A DNA stretch of 64,000 nucleotides, from positions 2,080,001 through 2,144,000 of the forward strand of contig OZ271918.1 of the NCBI GenBank assembly GCA_965602015.1. Direction: 5' to 3'. The position numbers were made by a program, and so were the translations under genes. Below the pieces are notes generated by a model that ran no database searches, was not told where the DNA came from, and worked only from the letters and a program-made list of their open reading frames with translations. The stretch is from Salinispira sp. Lineage in GTDB: Bacteria; Spirochaetota; Spirochaetia; DSM-27196; Salinispiraceae. Shown piece by piece: positions 8,212-18,163 of this stretch (positions are counted from its first letter, which is position 1; each line of letters starts with the position of its first letter).

Positions 8212-10980
8212 ATGTTTTCCCGTTTACTCGAATCCCTTTTCGGATCCAAACACGATAATGACTTAAAAGAGCTTCTTCCCCTTCTCCACTCGGTGAATGA
8301 AAAAGAACTGTGGGCCCGGTCGCTGGGCGACGCTGATTTCCCACGGGAAACCGAGAGACTCAAGGGTCGGTACCACAAAGACGGAGACCTGGATGCGCTG
8401 ATTCCCGAGGCCTTCGCGATGGTGCGCGAGGCCGCCCGGCGCAAACTGGGTGAACGTCCCTACGATGTCCAGATTTTGGGCGGCATTGCCCTCCACCAGG
8501 GCAGGATAATGGAGCTCAAAACCGGGGAAGGAAAAACCCTGTCCTCGGTAGCGCCGGCCTACCTGAATGCCCTCTCGGGCAAGGGCGTGCATATGGTCAC
8601 GGTCAACGACTATCTTGCCCGACGAGACGCCGATTGGATGCGCCCCATTTTTGAGACATTGGGTCTTACAGTCGGCTATGTGGTAAGCCAGCTGCCCCTT
8701 GAACAGCGGAAAGAAGCCTACGATTGCGATATCACCTATGCGACAAACAACGAAATAGCCTTCGACTACCTCCGGGACAACATGCGCTATTCCCGCCGGG
8801 AAAAGATGCAGCGGGGGCACAACTACTGCATTATTGACGAAATCGACTCCATACTCATCGACGGCGCCCGGACTCCCCTCATTATTTCAGGTGCGACCAG
8901 AGAAGATACAGGCAAGTACCGGGAGGCCAAAAAAGTCATCCGGGAGCTGCGGGAGTGCGATAAGGATCCGGATACCGGTGATTATCCCGAAGAGCCGGTC
9001 GGCGATTTCAAAATCGACGAGAAAAATAAAAAAGTGAGCTTCACCGATGCGGGACTGGATAATCTGGAAAAAGCCTGCGTCAAGGCGGGGGTATTCTCCG
9101 GCAGCCTGTACGACAGCGAAAACTTTGAGTTCATCCACTTTGCCACTCAGGCACTGAGAGCCGCCAGGCTGTTTCATCTGGATACCCAATATGTGGTGAA
9201 GGACGGCAAAGTCGAAATTGTCGATGAATTCACCGGGCGTATTCTCCACGGCCGCCGGTACTCCGAGGGCCTGCATCAGGCAATCGAGGCGAAGGAAGGC
9301 ATACAGATCCAGCAGCGAAGCCGTACGCTGGCCAGCATTACCTTTCAGAACTTCTTCAGGATGTACGGCAAAATAAGCGGCATGACCGGCACCGCGGCCA
9401 CCGAAGAAAAAGAATTCATGAAGATTTACGGTCTGGACGTGGCGGTTATTCCCACCAACCGGCCGGTAATCCGGGATGATCAGGATGATCTGATATTTCT
9501 CGATGAACAAAGCAAATTCGATGCGATTTGCGAAGAAATAAAACAGGTCAGCGCCGCGGGACAGCCAATACTGGTGGGAACGGTTTCCATAGAAAAGTCC
9601 GAGCGACTCTCCGCACTGTTGACCAAGCGCGGTGTGCGCCATGAAGTGCTCAACGCTAAAAATCATGCCCGGGAGGCCCTTATCGTCGCGGAGGCCGGGG
9701 CCAAAGGCTCGGTAACCATTGCCACAAACATGGCGGGCCGGGGTACCGACATAAAACTGGGAGGAAACCCGGAATTCCGGGCCCGTAAGGCCGCAGGCAC
9801 CGACGCCAGTGACGAGGCCTATGAGGCCGCCTTTGAAAAAGAACGCCTGCGCTGGCAGAAGGAAAATGCCGAAGTAAAGGATCTTGGCGGTTTGTATATC
9901 CTGGGAACCGAACGCCATGAAAGCCGCCGTATCGACAATCAGCTTCGGGGTCGCAGCGGCCGTCAGGGGGACCCCGGCCGGAGCCGGTTTTTCCTGTCCA
10001 TGGACGATGAGCTCATGCGCCTTTTCGGGGGCGGAACCGGAAACGTAAAGGCCCTCATGGCCCGCGCCGGCATGAAGGGAGATATGGCAATGAACCACCC
10101 CCTTCTTAACCGCGCCATCGAGCGGGCTCAGAACAAGGTTGAAGAGCGGAACTTTGAAATCAGGAAGCACCTGCTGCAGTACGACGATGTGCTGAATGAA
10201 CAGCGCAAATTCGTGTACGCCCAACGGGATGAAATCCTCACTGACGATAATCTTGTTGAGCGGGTTCAGCGAAGTCTGGAGGACATCGTTACCGGATGGG
10301 CCGAAGAGTACGGCGAAAAGCAGCCGATCGATTCCGCCAATATCAGCGATCTGCAGGATTTCCTCAAGGAAGATCTATTTTACAGCCTCGACGGCACTCT
10401 CGAAAAGGAACTGATTGGCCTCAACGCGTCGCAAGCCGCGAAGCGCATAAGCGCTTATATGGCGGAGGAACTCGGGAAGAAGGTTCAGGCCATCGGAAAT
10501 GATATTCTAAATCAGGCATTGCGCCGGGAATACCTGGTAAGCATCGATATGGGCTGGCAGGATCACCTCGAGAGTCTCGACGCCCTGAGAGAGTCGGTAT
10601 ACCTTCGTACCTATGCCCAGAAGAATCCATTGCTGGAGTACAAGCTCGAGGGCTTTCAGATTTTTGATGAAATGCTCTACCGGATCCGCCGCGGCGTGGC
10701 TCGCAAACTCATAAACGTCAAAGTTGAGGGGCTTGAGAATCCGGTTCAGGTTCACGCGCCGACGGCCCAGCTCAGCCACCGGGAAGTAAACCTTCTCGGC
10801 CAGGGCGCCGGGCCAGCAGCGGCAGGCAAGGCCGGTTCAGCACCGGCTCCCCGGCGCAGCAGGGGTCCTCTGCCGGGACAACGGGTGGTTACGGTTACCC
10901 GCAATCAGCCAAAGGTGGGAAGAAATGACCCCTGCCCCTGCGGCAGCGGGAAAAAGTACAAGCATTGCCATGGCGCATAA
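8212..10980 (+). CDS. secA: Preprotein translocase ATPase SecA
   Basis: [64 protein letters not shown]-terminal [19 protein letters not shown]. Confidence 0.99.
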   Translation: MFSRLLESLFGSKHDNDLKELLPLLHSVNEKELWARSLGDADFPRETERLKGRYHKDGDLDALIPEAFAMVREAARRKLGERPYDVQILGGIALHQGRIMELKTGEGKTLSSVAPAYLNALSGKGVHMVTVNDYLARRDADWMRPIFETLGLTVGYVVSQLPLEQRKEAYDCDITYATNNEIAFDYLRDNMRYSRREKMQRGHNYCIIDEIDSILIDGARTPLIISGATREDTGKYREAKKVIRELRECDKDPDTGDYPEEPVGDFKIDEKNKKVSFTDAGLDNLEKACVKAGVFSGSLYDSENFEFIHFATQALRAARLFHLDTQYVVKDGKVEIVDEFTGRILHGRRYSEGLHQAIEAKEGIQIQQRSRTLASITFQNFFRMYGKISGMTGTAATEEKEFMKIYGLDVAVIPTNRPVIRDDQDDLIFLDEQSKFDAICEEIKQVSAAGQPILVGTVSIEKSERLSALLTKRGVRHEVLNAKNHAREALIVAEAGAKGSVTIATNMAGRGTDIKLGGNPEFRARKAAGTDASDEAYEAAFEKERLRWQKENAEVKDLGGLYILGTERHESRRIDNQLRGRSGRQGDPGRSRFFLSMDDELMRLFGGGTGNVKALMARAGMKGDMAMNHPLLNRAIERAQNKVEERNFEIRKHLLQYDDVLNEQRKFVYAQRDEILTDDNLVERVQRSLEDIVTGWAEEYGEKQPIDSANISDLQDFLKEDLFYSLDGTLEKELIGLNASQAAKRISAYMAEELGKKVQAIGNDILNQALRREYLVSIDMGWQDHLESLDALRESVYLRTYAQKNPLLEYKLEGFQIFDEMLYRIRRGVARKLINVKVEGLENPVQVHAPTAQLSHREVNLLGQGAGPAAAGKAGSAPAPRRSRGPLPGQRVVTVTRNQPKVGRNDPCPCGSGKKYKHCHGA

Positions 10981-11037
10981 ATCGCGCCGAAAACCTGCGA
11001 CGCGAATTTCCCAACGGAAAACCCGCGACGAGCATAT

Positions 11038-11084
11038 AAAAAAGGCTGTCTGAGAAAACCTCAGACAGCCTTTTGCTTTTTTTA
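11038..11084. terminator. Bidirectional intrinsic terminator
   Basis: Perfect 15-bp inverted repeat AAAAGGCTGTCTGAG-aaaac-CTCAGACAGCCTTTT with A/T tracts on both sides, between convergent genes. Confidence 0.9.
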
Positions 11085-11154
11085 TGCCGCGATGCCTCGA
11101 TACCGCGATGCGGCGTCAGATCGTCATTCTGCCACAGCGGACTTTGCTCACGTA

Positions 11155-11280
11155 CTATGGAGTTTCTCCGGCGGTTACCCGAGTTTCAACCAGTTCGTCC
11201 CCCGAGCGGTCGATGGTGTAGGCATTGATAAAAGTGAAAACCGCAAGCAGCAAAATAATGACAATGGCGATGCGTCGCAT
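11155..11280 (-). CDS. Small 41-aa secreted or membrane-anchored protein
   Basis: MRRIAIVIILLLAVFTFINAYTIDRSGDELVETRVTAGETP*; SD GAGGGG upstream; signal-peptide-like N-terminus. Confidence 0.55.
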   Translation of the reverse strand: MRRIAIVIILLLAVFTFINAYTIDRSGDELVETRVTAGETP

Positions 11281-11327
11281 TATGTGTCCCCTCGATAATT
11301 AAATAGCCATTTAGGAATGGCTTTATT

Positions 11328-12611
11328 CTAATGCAAATACGGCAAAGGGTCTACCGGCTCGCCGTCCTTAAACATGCTGAAATGCAAATGCGGCCCGGTG
11401 GAACGCCCGGTATTACCCATGTATCCGATTATCTGATTTTGACTGACGTACTGTCCCCTGACAACGCTTGCCGTATTGAGATGGGCATAGAGGGTTTGAA
11501 AGCCCCGGGGATGTTCTATGACCACGAATCTTCCATAGTTCCCTATCTGACTCTCCACGAGACGGACGGTACCGGCCATTGATGCCCTGATGGGAGTTCC
11601 AACACGGTTGGCCCAATCAACGCCGTTGTGAAACCGCCGGACGCCGGTGAACGGATCATTGCGCATGCCAAAGCCCGAGGTGAAGCGGCCTATGGTGGGA
11701 TAGATAAACAGCTCGCCGATGGCGAGGCGTAAATCAGTCTCATTCATCCGAGCGCCGGGAATAAAAATCTCCTGGCCTGGGCGAATTTCCGAGCTCTCCA
11801 GGGCGTTTACGTCCAGGATTGCATTGAGATTAACCCCGTAATCCGCAGCCAGGCCCATGAGGGTGTCTCCCCGCTGAACATCATGGAGAAGACCGTTTCT
11901 GTCGGGCAGCAAAAGCACCTGGCCCTCGATGATTCTCTGGGCGTTTTCCAGGCGGTTGTAGCTGATAATCGTGTCCATGTTGAGGCCGTGATCATCGGCT
12001 ATCTGGCTGACGCTGTTTCTCGGCCGGACGGTATACTCAGAAACCCTGAGTACTTCGAAACGCGCGAGGTCAAAATCTTCTCCCTCTTCCACCGTCCCCG
12101 ACGAAGCCAGGGCGTTGCCCCGAATAAAGGCGCCGGAATACACATTACCGGGAAGGCTAAACTTCGACGGACTGATAATGCGAAAAAGCGCCGAGGGACT
12201 GGTGAGAATAATTATAAGAACTCCAAGAAACAGAAAAAAATTGCTGACGAATATGGCGTCCAGGGCAGTAAATACCCGGTTTTCACCGCTTTTGCGTGTG
12301 CTTGTACCTCTCGACGGAGCGAAGGTATTGATCACCGCCGACGTATCCGTGAAGCTTTGCCGGCGGGGGAAGTCAATGATGCTAGCCTGGTTTTTAATTT
12401 CCCGGGCCCGGGTCAGTAGGGAGCCAGTCCGGTTCCGCTCGGTTCGCCCGGAGGGTTCAATATTCAGACTGCGCTCCAAAAGCGGCGCTTCGTCGGCTTC
12501 AGCGGGAAAAGTAATATCGCGGTTGGTATAGCTGTCAGGTCGGCGGTTAAATGTGATGTCTTCAGAAGCCTTTCGGCGATTTATGTGCTGTTCCTTGATG
12601 AGGCTGTTCAT
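11328..12611 (-). CDS. LysM-domain M23 peptidoglycan endopeptidase
   Basis: One TM, two LysM repeats (YTVRPRNSVSQIA, HDVQRGDTLMGLA), M23 motifs HNGVD and STGPHLHF. Confidence 0.92.
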   Translation of the reverse strand: MNSLIKEQHINRRKASEDITFNRRPDSYTNRDITFPAEADEAPLLERSLNIEPSGRTERNRTGSLLTRAREIKNQASIIDFPRRQSFTDTSAVINTFAPSRGTSTRKSGENRVFTALDAIFVSNFFLFLGVLIIILTSPSALFRIISPSKFSLPGNVYSGAFIRGNALASSGTVEEGEDFDLARFEVLRVSEYTVRPRNSVSQIADDHGLNMDTIISYNRLENAQRIIEGQVLLLPDRNGLLHDVQRGDTLMGLAADYGVNLNAILDVNALESSEIRPGQEIFIPGARMNETDLRLAIGELFIYPTIGRFTSGFGMRNDPFTGVRRFHNGVDWANRVGTPIRASMAGTVRLVESQIGNYGRFVVIEHPRGFQTLYAHLNTASVVRGQYVSQNQIIGYMGNTGRSTGPHLHFSMFKDGEPVDPLPYLH

Positions 12612-12696
12612 ATACTAACTATCGTCAATCTTGAACGGCCTCATGAATTGATTTTCCGGCCTTTCCACGATAATTAGAAGCGGGTAATATAAAGCG

Positions 12697-14574
12697 GTGA
12701 ACAGCGCTGCCAGCAACCGCAGAATCTATATTATCGCCACAGTTCTGGGAATCTTCGCTCTCGCCCTTGTAGTTCATTACGCCGGCATAATGCTGTCCGG
12801 CTCCGATAATGATGGAGGGAGCGGACCGGGATTTGCCGTCGAACGCGGTCCTATTCTGGACCGAAACGGCAGATTAATGGCAATTCAGTCCGAGCTGCCC
12901 ACGGTAACCGTATGGACCCCGTTTGTCGAAGACCGCGAATCTACCGCAGGCCAGCTCGCAGCAGTGCTCAATCTTGATTATGATGTTGTTCTCGCAAGCC
13001 TCTCCCTGGAAAATCGGGATGTTATCATTAAGCGCACTATCACCCCCTCAGAGGCGGAGGTGCTTGAGCTTCTGAAACAGCAGGGCGAACTGCCCGGGGT
13101 AAACCTCCGGCGGGATTTCGGGAGGATATATCCCGAGGGACGCAGCGCTGCTCACGTGCTTGGCTTCACCGGCATAGATAATGTGGGCCTTGAAGGCATT
13201 GAGCTGACGCAAAACGCCGTTTTGCGACCCGAGAGCCCGTCGGGCGGACGAATCTTCGGCAACCAGATTTTCCTTACCATAGACTCGGTGATTCAGCACG
13301 CGATGGAAGAAATCGGGGAGCGCCTCATGGATCTGCACGATCCGGATTCCGTCATGATTTTGGTAGCTGATGCTCCCAGCGGGGAGCTTTTAAGCTATGT
13401 GAGCCTCCCGGATTATGATCCCAACTCCTTTTCAGAATACAGCGAGGATGACCGACGCAATCGGCCTATCCAGATGTCCTATGAACCCGGCTCGGTTTTC
13501 AAGGTTTTTTCCGTCGCCTCCTTCTTGCATCTGGGCGGAATATCCGGTTCTTCGGTGTTCGACACCGCCGGTGGGTATACCAATAGCCAAATCGATATTC
13601 CCATAACCGACCTGGGTAATTACGGGATTGTGAATCCCGAAGGCATTATCAGACTGAGCTCGAATGTGGGGGCGGCATTCGCATCTGATACCGTCGACCG
13701 GGAAAGCTTCTATTTTATGTTGAGACAGTTTGGATTCGGGCAGCGCAGCGGATTCCCTCTGAACGGAGAGGCCCGGGGCTTATTGGCCCCGGAATCCCGC
13801 TGGTCGGGCCGAAGCAAACCCACCATTGCCATCGGCCAGGAAATCGGGGTGACGGGAATTCAAATGATCCAGGCCGCCACCGCCCTCGCCAACGACGGGG
13901 TTATGATCCGGCCTCAGATTATCCGTAAAATCGTCAGTCCCTCCGGCGAGGTTCTCAGCGAGTCCCGCAGGGAACCGGTCAGGGAAGTCATACAGAGCTC
14001 GGTGGCCGATCAGATGCTGCAGTATATGCTTGCGGCCAGCGGTCCCAACGGAACCGGGCGACGAGCCGCCGTCGAGGGCATAAATATATCCGTGAAAACC
14101 GGAACCGCGGAGGTAATCGACCCCGAGACCGGCCGATACTCCGATGAACTGTTCATTGCCAGCACTCTTGCAATATTTCCCACGGAAAACCCTCGTCTCA
14201 TAGTCTACGTCGTTATTCAGCATCCTCGGGGCGACAGTTTTCTCGGAGGGGTAATCGCCGCTCCGGCCGTGAAGGAAATCGCGGACTTTCTCATCCCCTA
14301 CCTGCAGATAAACTCAGGAGAAGCAAACCGGCTGCCCCTGCCGCCGAATGTGGAAATTTTCGAACCCCAACTGCCCGACATTGCCGAAACCATACCGGAC
14401 TTCCGCGGCCTGCCCCTCAAGACCGTACTTCCGCTGTATTCTCGGGAAGACATGTTCGTTCAAATTCAAGGCCGCGGTTGGGTGGTACGGCAGGAACCGG
14501 CCCCGGGAAGCCCCTACGCCGAAGGCATGGAGCTCACCTTATTTCTCGACGACGACCGGGAGCCGGAAGAGTGA
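12697..14574 (+). CDS. ftsI: Class B penicillin-binding protein (FtsI/PBP3-like) with C-terminal PASTA-like domain
   Basis: N-terminal TM, RGPILDRNG, EPGSVFK (SxxK), SSN, KTGTAE. Confidence 0.85.
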   Translation: MNSAASNRRIYIIATVLGIFALALVVHYAGIMLSGSDNDGGSGPGFAVERGPILDRNGRLMAIQSELPTVTVWTPFVEDRESTAGQLAAVLNLDYDVVLASLSLENRDVIIKRTITPSEAEVLELLKQQGELPGVNLRRDFGRIYPEGRSAAHVLGFTGIDNVGLEGIELTQNAVLRPESPSGGRIFGNQIFLTIDSVIQHAMEEIGERLMDLHDPDSVMILVADAPSGELLSYVSLPDYDPNSFSEYSEDDRRNRPIQMSYEPGSVFKVFSVASFLHLGGISGSSVFDTAGGYTNSQIDIPITDLGNYGIVNPEGIIRLSSNVGAAFASDTVDRESFYFMLRQFGFGQRSGFPLNGEARGLLAPESRWSGRSKPTIAIGQEIGVTGIQMIQAATALANDGVMIRPQIIRKIVSPSGEVLSESRREPVREVIQSSVADQMLQYMLAASGPNGTGRRAAVEGINISVKTGTAEVIDPETGRYSDELFIASTLAIFPTENPRLIVYVVIQHPRGDSFLGGVIAAPAVKEIADFLIPYLQINSGEANRLPLPPNVEIFEPQLPDIAETIPDFRGLPLKTVLPLYSREDMFVQIQGRGWVVRQEPAPGSPYAEGMELTLFLDDDREPEE

Positions 14575-16352
14575 AGTATTCTATTGAGAAAAACGAACGG
14601 GGCATACTCTGCGCCAGCATTAACGGAATAACCCTTCACAGTACCCGCAATCCCGAACGGGAAGCCGCTTCCCTGATTGAGCGCGGCATACAGGGTGACC
14701 CTCCCGGAGTCCTGGTGTTCGGCGCGGGTCTAGGATACCATCTCGAGGCAATCCGTCGAGTCGATCAGAAGATTTCTATAATCTGCATCGAGCCCGAAGC
14801 CGAATGGATCGATAATGCCGGTTCAGCCGGCCGGGACCCCCGGAGCTACTGCGATGTGCTGATACTCTGCAGCGAAGAAAACTGGGAGGAGAGGGCCTAC
14901 GACTACCTGCACCAGGACTTTCAGTTGCTCAGCCTTGCCCCTTACCGTCAGATATACCCGGAGATTAGCGCCTCACTTCAGGCCCTGCACTACCGGAATG
15001 AAAACCGGCGGCAGGTAAACCGGAACACCCTGAAGCGATTTGGCACCCGCTGGGTAAGCAATCTCATTCAAAATCATCTGCTTCATCCCCAGGAGCGGGG
15101 TATCAACAGATTCATCGCGGCGTTTTCCGGCCTGCCGGCACTGATTCTCGCCGGCGGACCAAGTCTGACAGACGTTCTTTCAAACCTGGAAACCCTGCGA
15201 AGGAAAATGATCATTGTCGCGGTGGACACCGCCTACCTTCCCTGCCTTCGGGAGGGAGTTGAACCGGATTTTGTTTTGGCCGTGGACCCCCAGTACTGGA
15301 ACACAAAGCACATCGAAGCAAGCGCCCGAACTACCCCTGATGAGGCAGACAGGCTCCAAAAGCGGGCCGTCCTTGTCTCCGAATCATCGGCCCACCCGCG
15401 AAGCTTCAGATTGCTTGAAAATGAAGCGGTGTTCAGCCAGTCGCTTTTCCCCCTCGGGCGATTCTTCGAGGCCGGGCTTGAACCGCGGATTCCCTTGGGC
15501 TCCGGCGGTTCGGTGGCGACCACTGCCTGGGATTTCCTGAGGATAAGCGGATGCACCAGCATATACGCAGCGGGTCTGGATATGGGCTTTCCCCGCCGGC
15601 AGACCCACTTCAAAGGCTCGTATTTCGAGGAGAGCATCGCCTATTCCGGTCACAGGCTGGAACCATGTGAGCAGGTATCAGCATTATATCTGTATTCGGG
15701 GTCCCTTAAACGAAGCGAAAATTACCGTGGTGAGCCAATGCTCAGCGACCGTCGTATGGACGTCTACTGTAACTGGTTCGAACTTCAGTCTAAGAATAAT
15801 CCCCAGCTGTCTACCTGGTCTCTAAACGGCCAAAGCAGAAAAATTTCCGGATTCGAGCTTTCGGATTGCAGCGAACTGCTGGAGCTGCCGGATATCCGGC
15901 CTGAGATTGATCGGCGTATACAGGAGCGAATGGATATACCGGTGATCGACGGCGGCGGACCCGGCAGCGCGGAAGAGGATGGGGTTCACAACCGTCTTTT
16001 TACCCTGAAGGCCTTTCTCAAGAGGTTATCCCGAGTCTGCGGCGAGGCCCGGAAGGCCATTGAGGAATCGGAGCACGATTCCCCTGACTCGGCATCAGGG
16101 CTGCTGGCCTTCCTTGATGAGACTGATAAGAAAATTCTCTCGGAGGAGAACAGGCGAATTGCGGGTTTTCTCATAAACGATGTCACTGATTCCCTCGCCA
16201 CCGGCAAACCTGCCGAAACTCTCGATGAAGCGATACAGCGTTCGGATCTTTTGTATCAAAAACTCCAGGAAAGCGCCGACAGCCACATGAACCTCATCAC
16301 CCGCTACGAGAATCGATTCAAGTTTTCACCGAATGCATCCGAGAATAAGTAA
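14571..16352 (+). CDS. Motility-associated factor (Maf/DUF115, MptE-like) putative flagellin glycosyltransferase
   Basis: LHSTRNPEREA, FGAGLGYH, ILAGGPSL, PDFVLAVDPQ, GGSVATTA, GLDMGF; GTG start overlapping the PBP stop (GTGA). Confidence 0.8.
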   Translation: MKYSIEKNERGILCASINGITLHSTRNPEREAASLIERGIQGDPPGVLVFGAGLGYHLEAIRRVDQKISIICIEPEAEWIDNAGSAGRDPRSYCDVLILCSEENWEERAYDYLHQDFQLLSLAPYRQIYPEISASLQALHYRNENRRQVNRNTLKRFGTRWVSNLIQNHLLHPQERGINRFIAAFSGLPALILAGGPSLTDVLSNLETLRRKMIIVAVDTAYLPCLREGVEPDFVLAVDPQYWNTKHIEASARTTPDEADRLQKRAVLVSESSAHPRSFRLLENEAVFSQSLFPLGRFFEAGLEPRIPLGSGGSVATTAWDFLRISGCTSIYAAGLDMGFPRRQTHFKGSYFEESIAYSGHRLEPCEQVSALYLYSGSLKRSENYRGEPMLSDRRMDVYCNWFELQSKNNPQLSTWSLNGQSRKISGFELSDCSELLELPDIRPEIDRRIQERMDIPVIDGGGPGSAEEDGVHNRLFTLKAFLKRLSRVCGEARKAIEESEHDSPDSASGLLAFLDETDKKILSEENRRIAGFLINDVTDSLATGKPAETLDEAIQRSDLLYQKLQESADSHMNLITRYENRFKFSPNASENK

Positions 16353-16373
16353 TAGAGAGCTAGTCCCTCTCTT

Positions 16374-16412
16374 AAACGGTATGCATTCGACGTCCAGGCA
16401 TACCGTTTTTTT
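16374..16412 (+). terminator. Intrinsic terminator after the maf-like gene
   Basis: AAACGGTATGC-13 nt-GCATACCGTTT continuing into a T run. Confidence 0.75.
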
Positions 16413-16453
16413 ATGCCCAAACGGCTAAACCGCCGGATTAGCTTATTGAAGCT

Positions 16454-18163
16454 TTACAATAATAAATTCCAGGATGATCCCTCATCGGACAATGCGGCGG
16501 AACTACCGGGACTGAGACTCAGCACTTCCTCGCCGACAATGCTTTTTGCCACTACGACCTGCTTTCGCCCTCCGGGGAACTGCGCGAGTATGCACATTTC
16601 CCCATCCCGTACAGAAATACCTGTTGCCGCATCGCCGGCGTCTGCACCAGGATCCCGAGCCTCATACAGCGGATAGGCGGTTCCGCCCAGGTTGTAATAT
16701 AAAGATCCGTCGGGTTTCTTAAAAATACGCTTCTGAGAGATGGCCTCCACCCGGTGAACCGACGCGCTGGGAAGCGCTGCCGGCGTTCCCTCACCGACGA
16801 AAAAAACAAGGCACAGTATGCCCGCGGCTTCCTCAGACCAGCGAAGCAAGAGCGGGCCTGGGACCTTCGGCGGCCCGTACATTTCCGCCTGCATTGCCCG
16901 GGCAGTCTGCGTGGCAATAATCATTCCCATTCTTCTGCCTGAGAGCGGCCCGTTTGAGCCGGATTCGCCGGTATCCTTCTCCCCCCGGTACCATGGACCA
17001 TTGTCACGGTAGCTCAGCTGTATGTCGCTGCCGGCATCGGGGATGTCGCGACGCTCCAAAGCGATATAGATTGCGGGATTTCCCGACCCCATGCCGTGGG
17101 ACAGGCTGTTATTAATAAGCTGACTCAAAAGACGCAGCAAATAATAAGCCTGTCGTCGGTCTAAGCGCAGGTCATCAATGCGGACCGACAGTTCCCAGGC
17201 GTCTGTGCCGTGTCGATTGCAGGCAAGGGTGAAGTAGCGCTGTATTCCGGCCCCTAATGCAGACGCGGAAACCCGGGAGCGGCGGACTATTTCGGTGATC
17301 TCACCGGCAAGGTAAAAGGCCGCGGCGGAAAACCCTTCTTCGCCGCGCATGTGCCGATGGTATGCCACAAATCGCTGATACCTCAGCCAATTTTCCATCT
17401 CCGTAGAATCGCTTACTCTGTCATCTTGAACGCCCGAGAGCATGCTGATCTGCGGCCGAACAAAGCCCGAGCGAATTATTAGGTTCCGCAGAGCAGCGGA
17501 TTCAGTGTCTGCGGCGAGGATAATTTCGATTTTTTTGGGGGGGATGGCTGAACTGACGGATACATCCTCCGGCAACGGGTTCATGGAAACAATCATACCA
17601 ATGGCGCTCAGGGCGTTAATAAGAACCGTTAGTCGTGCGGAATGGAGTGCTTCGCTCTCATGGAAAAAAAGCCGTACGATATATCTCTTTTGATTGTTGT
17701 CAGGACCTGCTTCGCGCCCCTCGCGGTCATCCCGGGAAACATCCCTCGCACCAGTCTCGCGGGAGGCGGGGCCGACTCTCCGGGCAGCGCTTCCGCCAGG
17801 CTCTGCTGCGGACTCTGCTCCGCTATCCTTTCGGAAAGATACTGCGGTGAGCTCCGGCTTGGTGAGCGCCATGGTGTGTTTGTGAATCTCGTGCAGCAGG
17901 GCGGTATATTTTCCGGATCCGGAAAATACCCAGTCCTCGAGACGGGCATAGCTGTCGTGGAGATTGTCCTTGCCAAAATACAAGGCCATTGATTTCATAC
18001 TGTGGAGCAGGCCCGCATAGGGATGCTTCATACGGACAGCTATCCGCTCGTGAGGTTTGGATAGGTCGAGCTCAGCGGAAGCTTCGCCGGTTTCATTGAT
18101 TCGAGACAGTAGCCGCTGGGCATCGAGAACGAACTCTCTGTAATATTCTTCCATGCCCGTCAT
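16454..18163 (-). CDS. Highly diverged CheA-like protein (Hpt, P2, HATPase-like, CheW-like)
   Basis: LLHSMKSMA (Hpt His), P2-like YIVRLFF...LSAIGMIVSMNP, N-box QLINNSLSHG, YRDNG, SGRRMGM, C-terminal CheW-like strands. Confidence 0.7.
   Translation of the reverse strand: MTGMEEYYREFVLDAQRLLSRINETGEASAELDLSKPHERIAVRMKHPYAGLLHSMKSMALYFGKDNLHDSYARLEDWVFSGSGKYTALLHEIHKHTMALTKPELTAVSFRKDSGAESAAEPGGSAARRVGPASRETGARDVSRDDREGREAGPDNNQKRYIVRLFFHESEALHSARLTVLINALSAIGMIVSMNPLPEDVSVSSAIPPKKIEIILAADTESAALRNLIIRSGFVRPQISMLSGVQDDRVSDSTEMENWLRYQRFVAYHRHMRGEEGFSAAAFYLAGEITEIVRRSRVSASALGAGIQRYFTLACNRHGTDAWELSVRIDDLRLDRRQAYYLLRLLSQLINNSLSHGMGSGNPAIYIALERRDIPDAGSDIQLSYRDNGPWYRGEKDTGESGSNGPLSGRRMGMIIATQTARAMQAEMYGPPKVPGPLLLRWSEEAAGILCLVFFVGEGTPAALPSASVHRVEAISQKRIFKKPDGSLYYNLGGTAYPLYEARDPGADAGDAATGISVRDGEMCILAQFPGGRKQVVVAKSIVGEEVLSLSPGSSAALSDEGSSWNLLL

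Noticed and set aside
8887..10224. 445-aa antisense ORF
   Set aside because: Shadow of secA; no SD or recognisable domain
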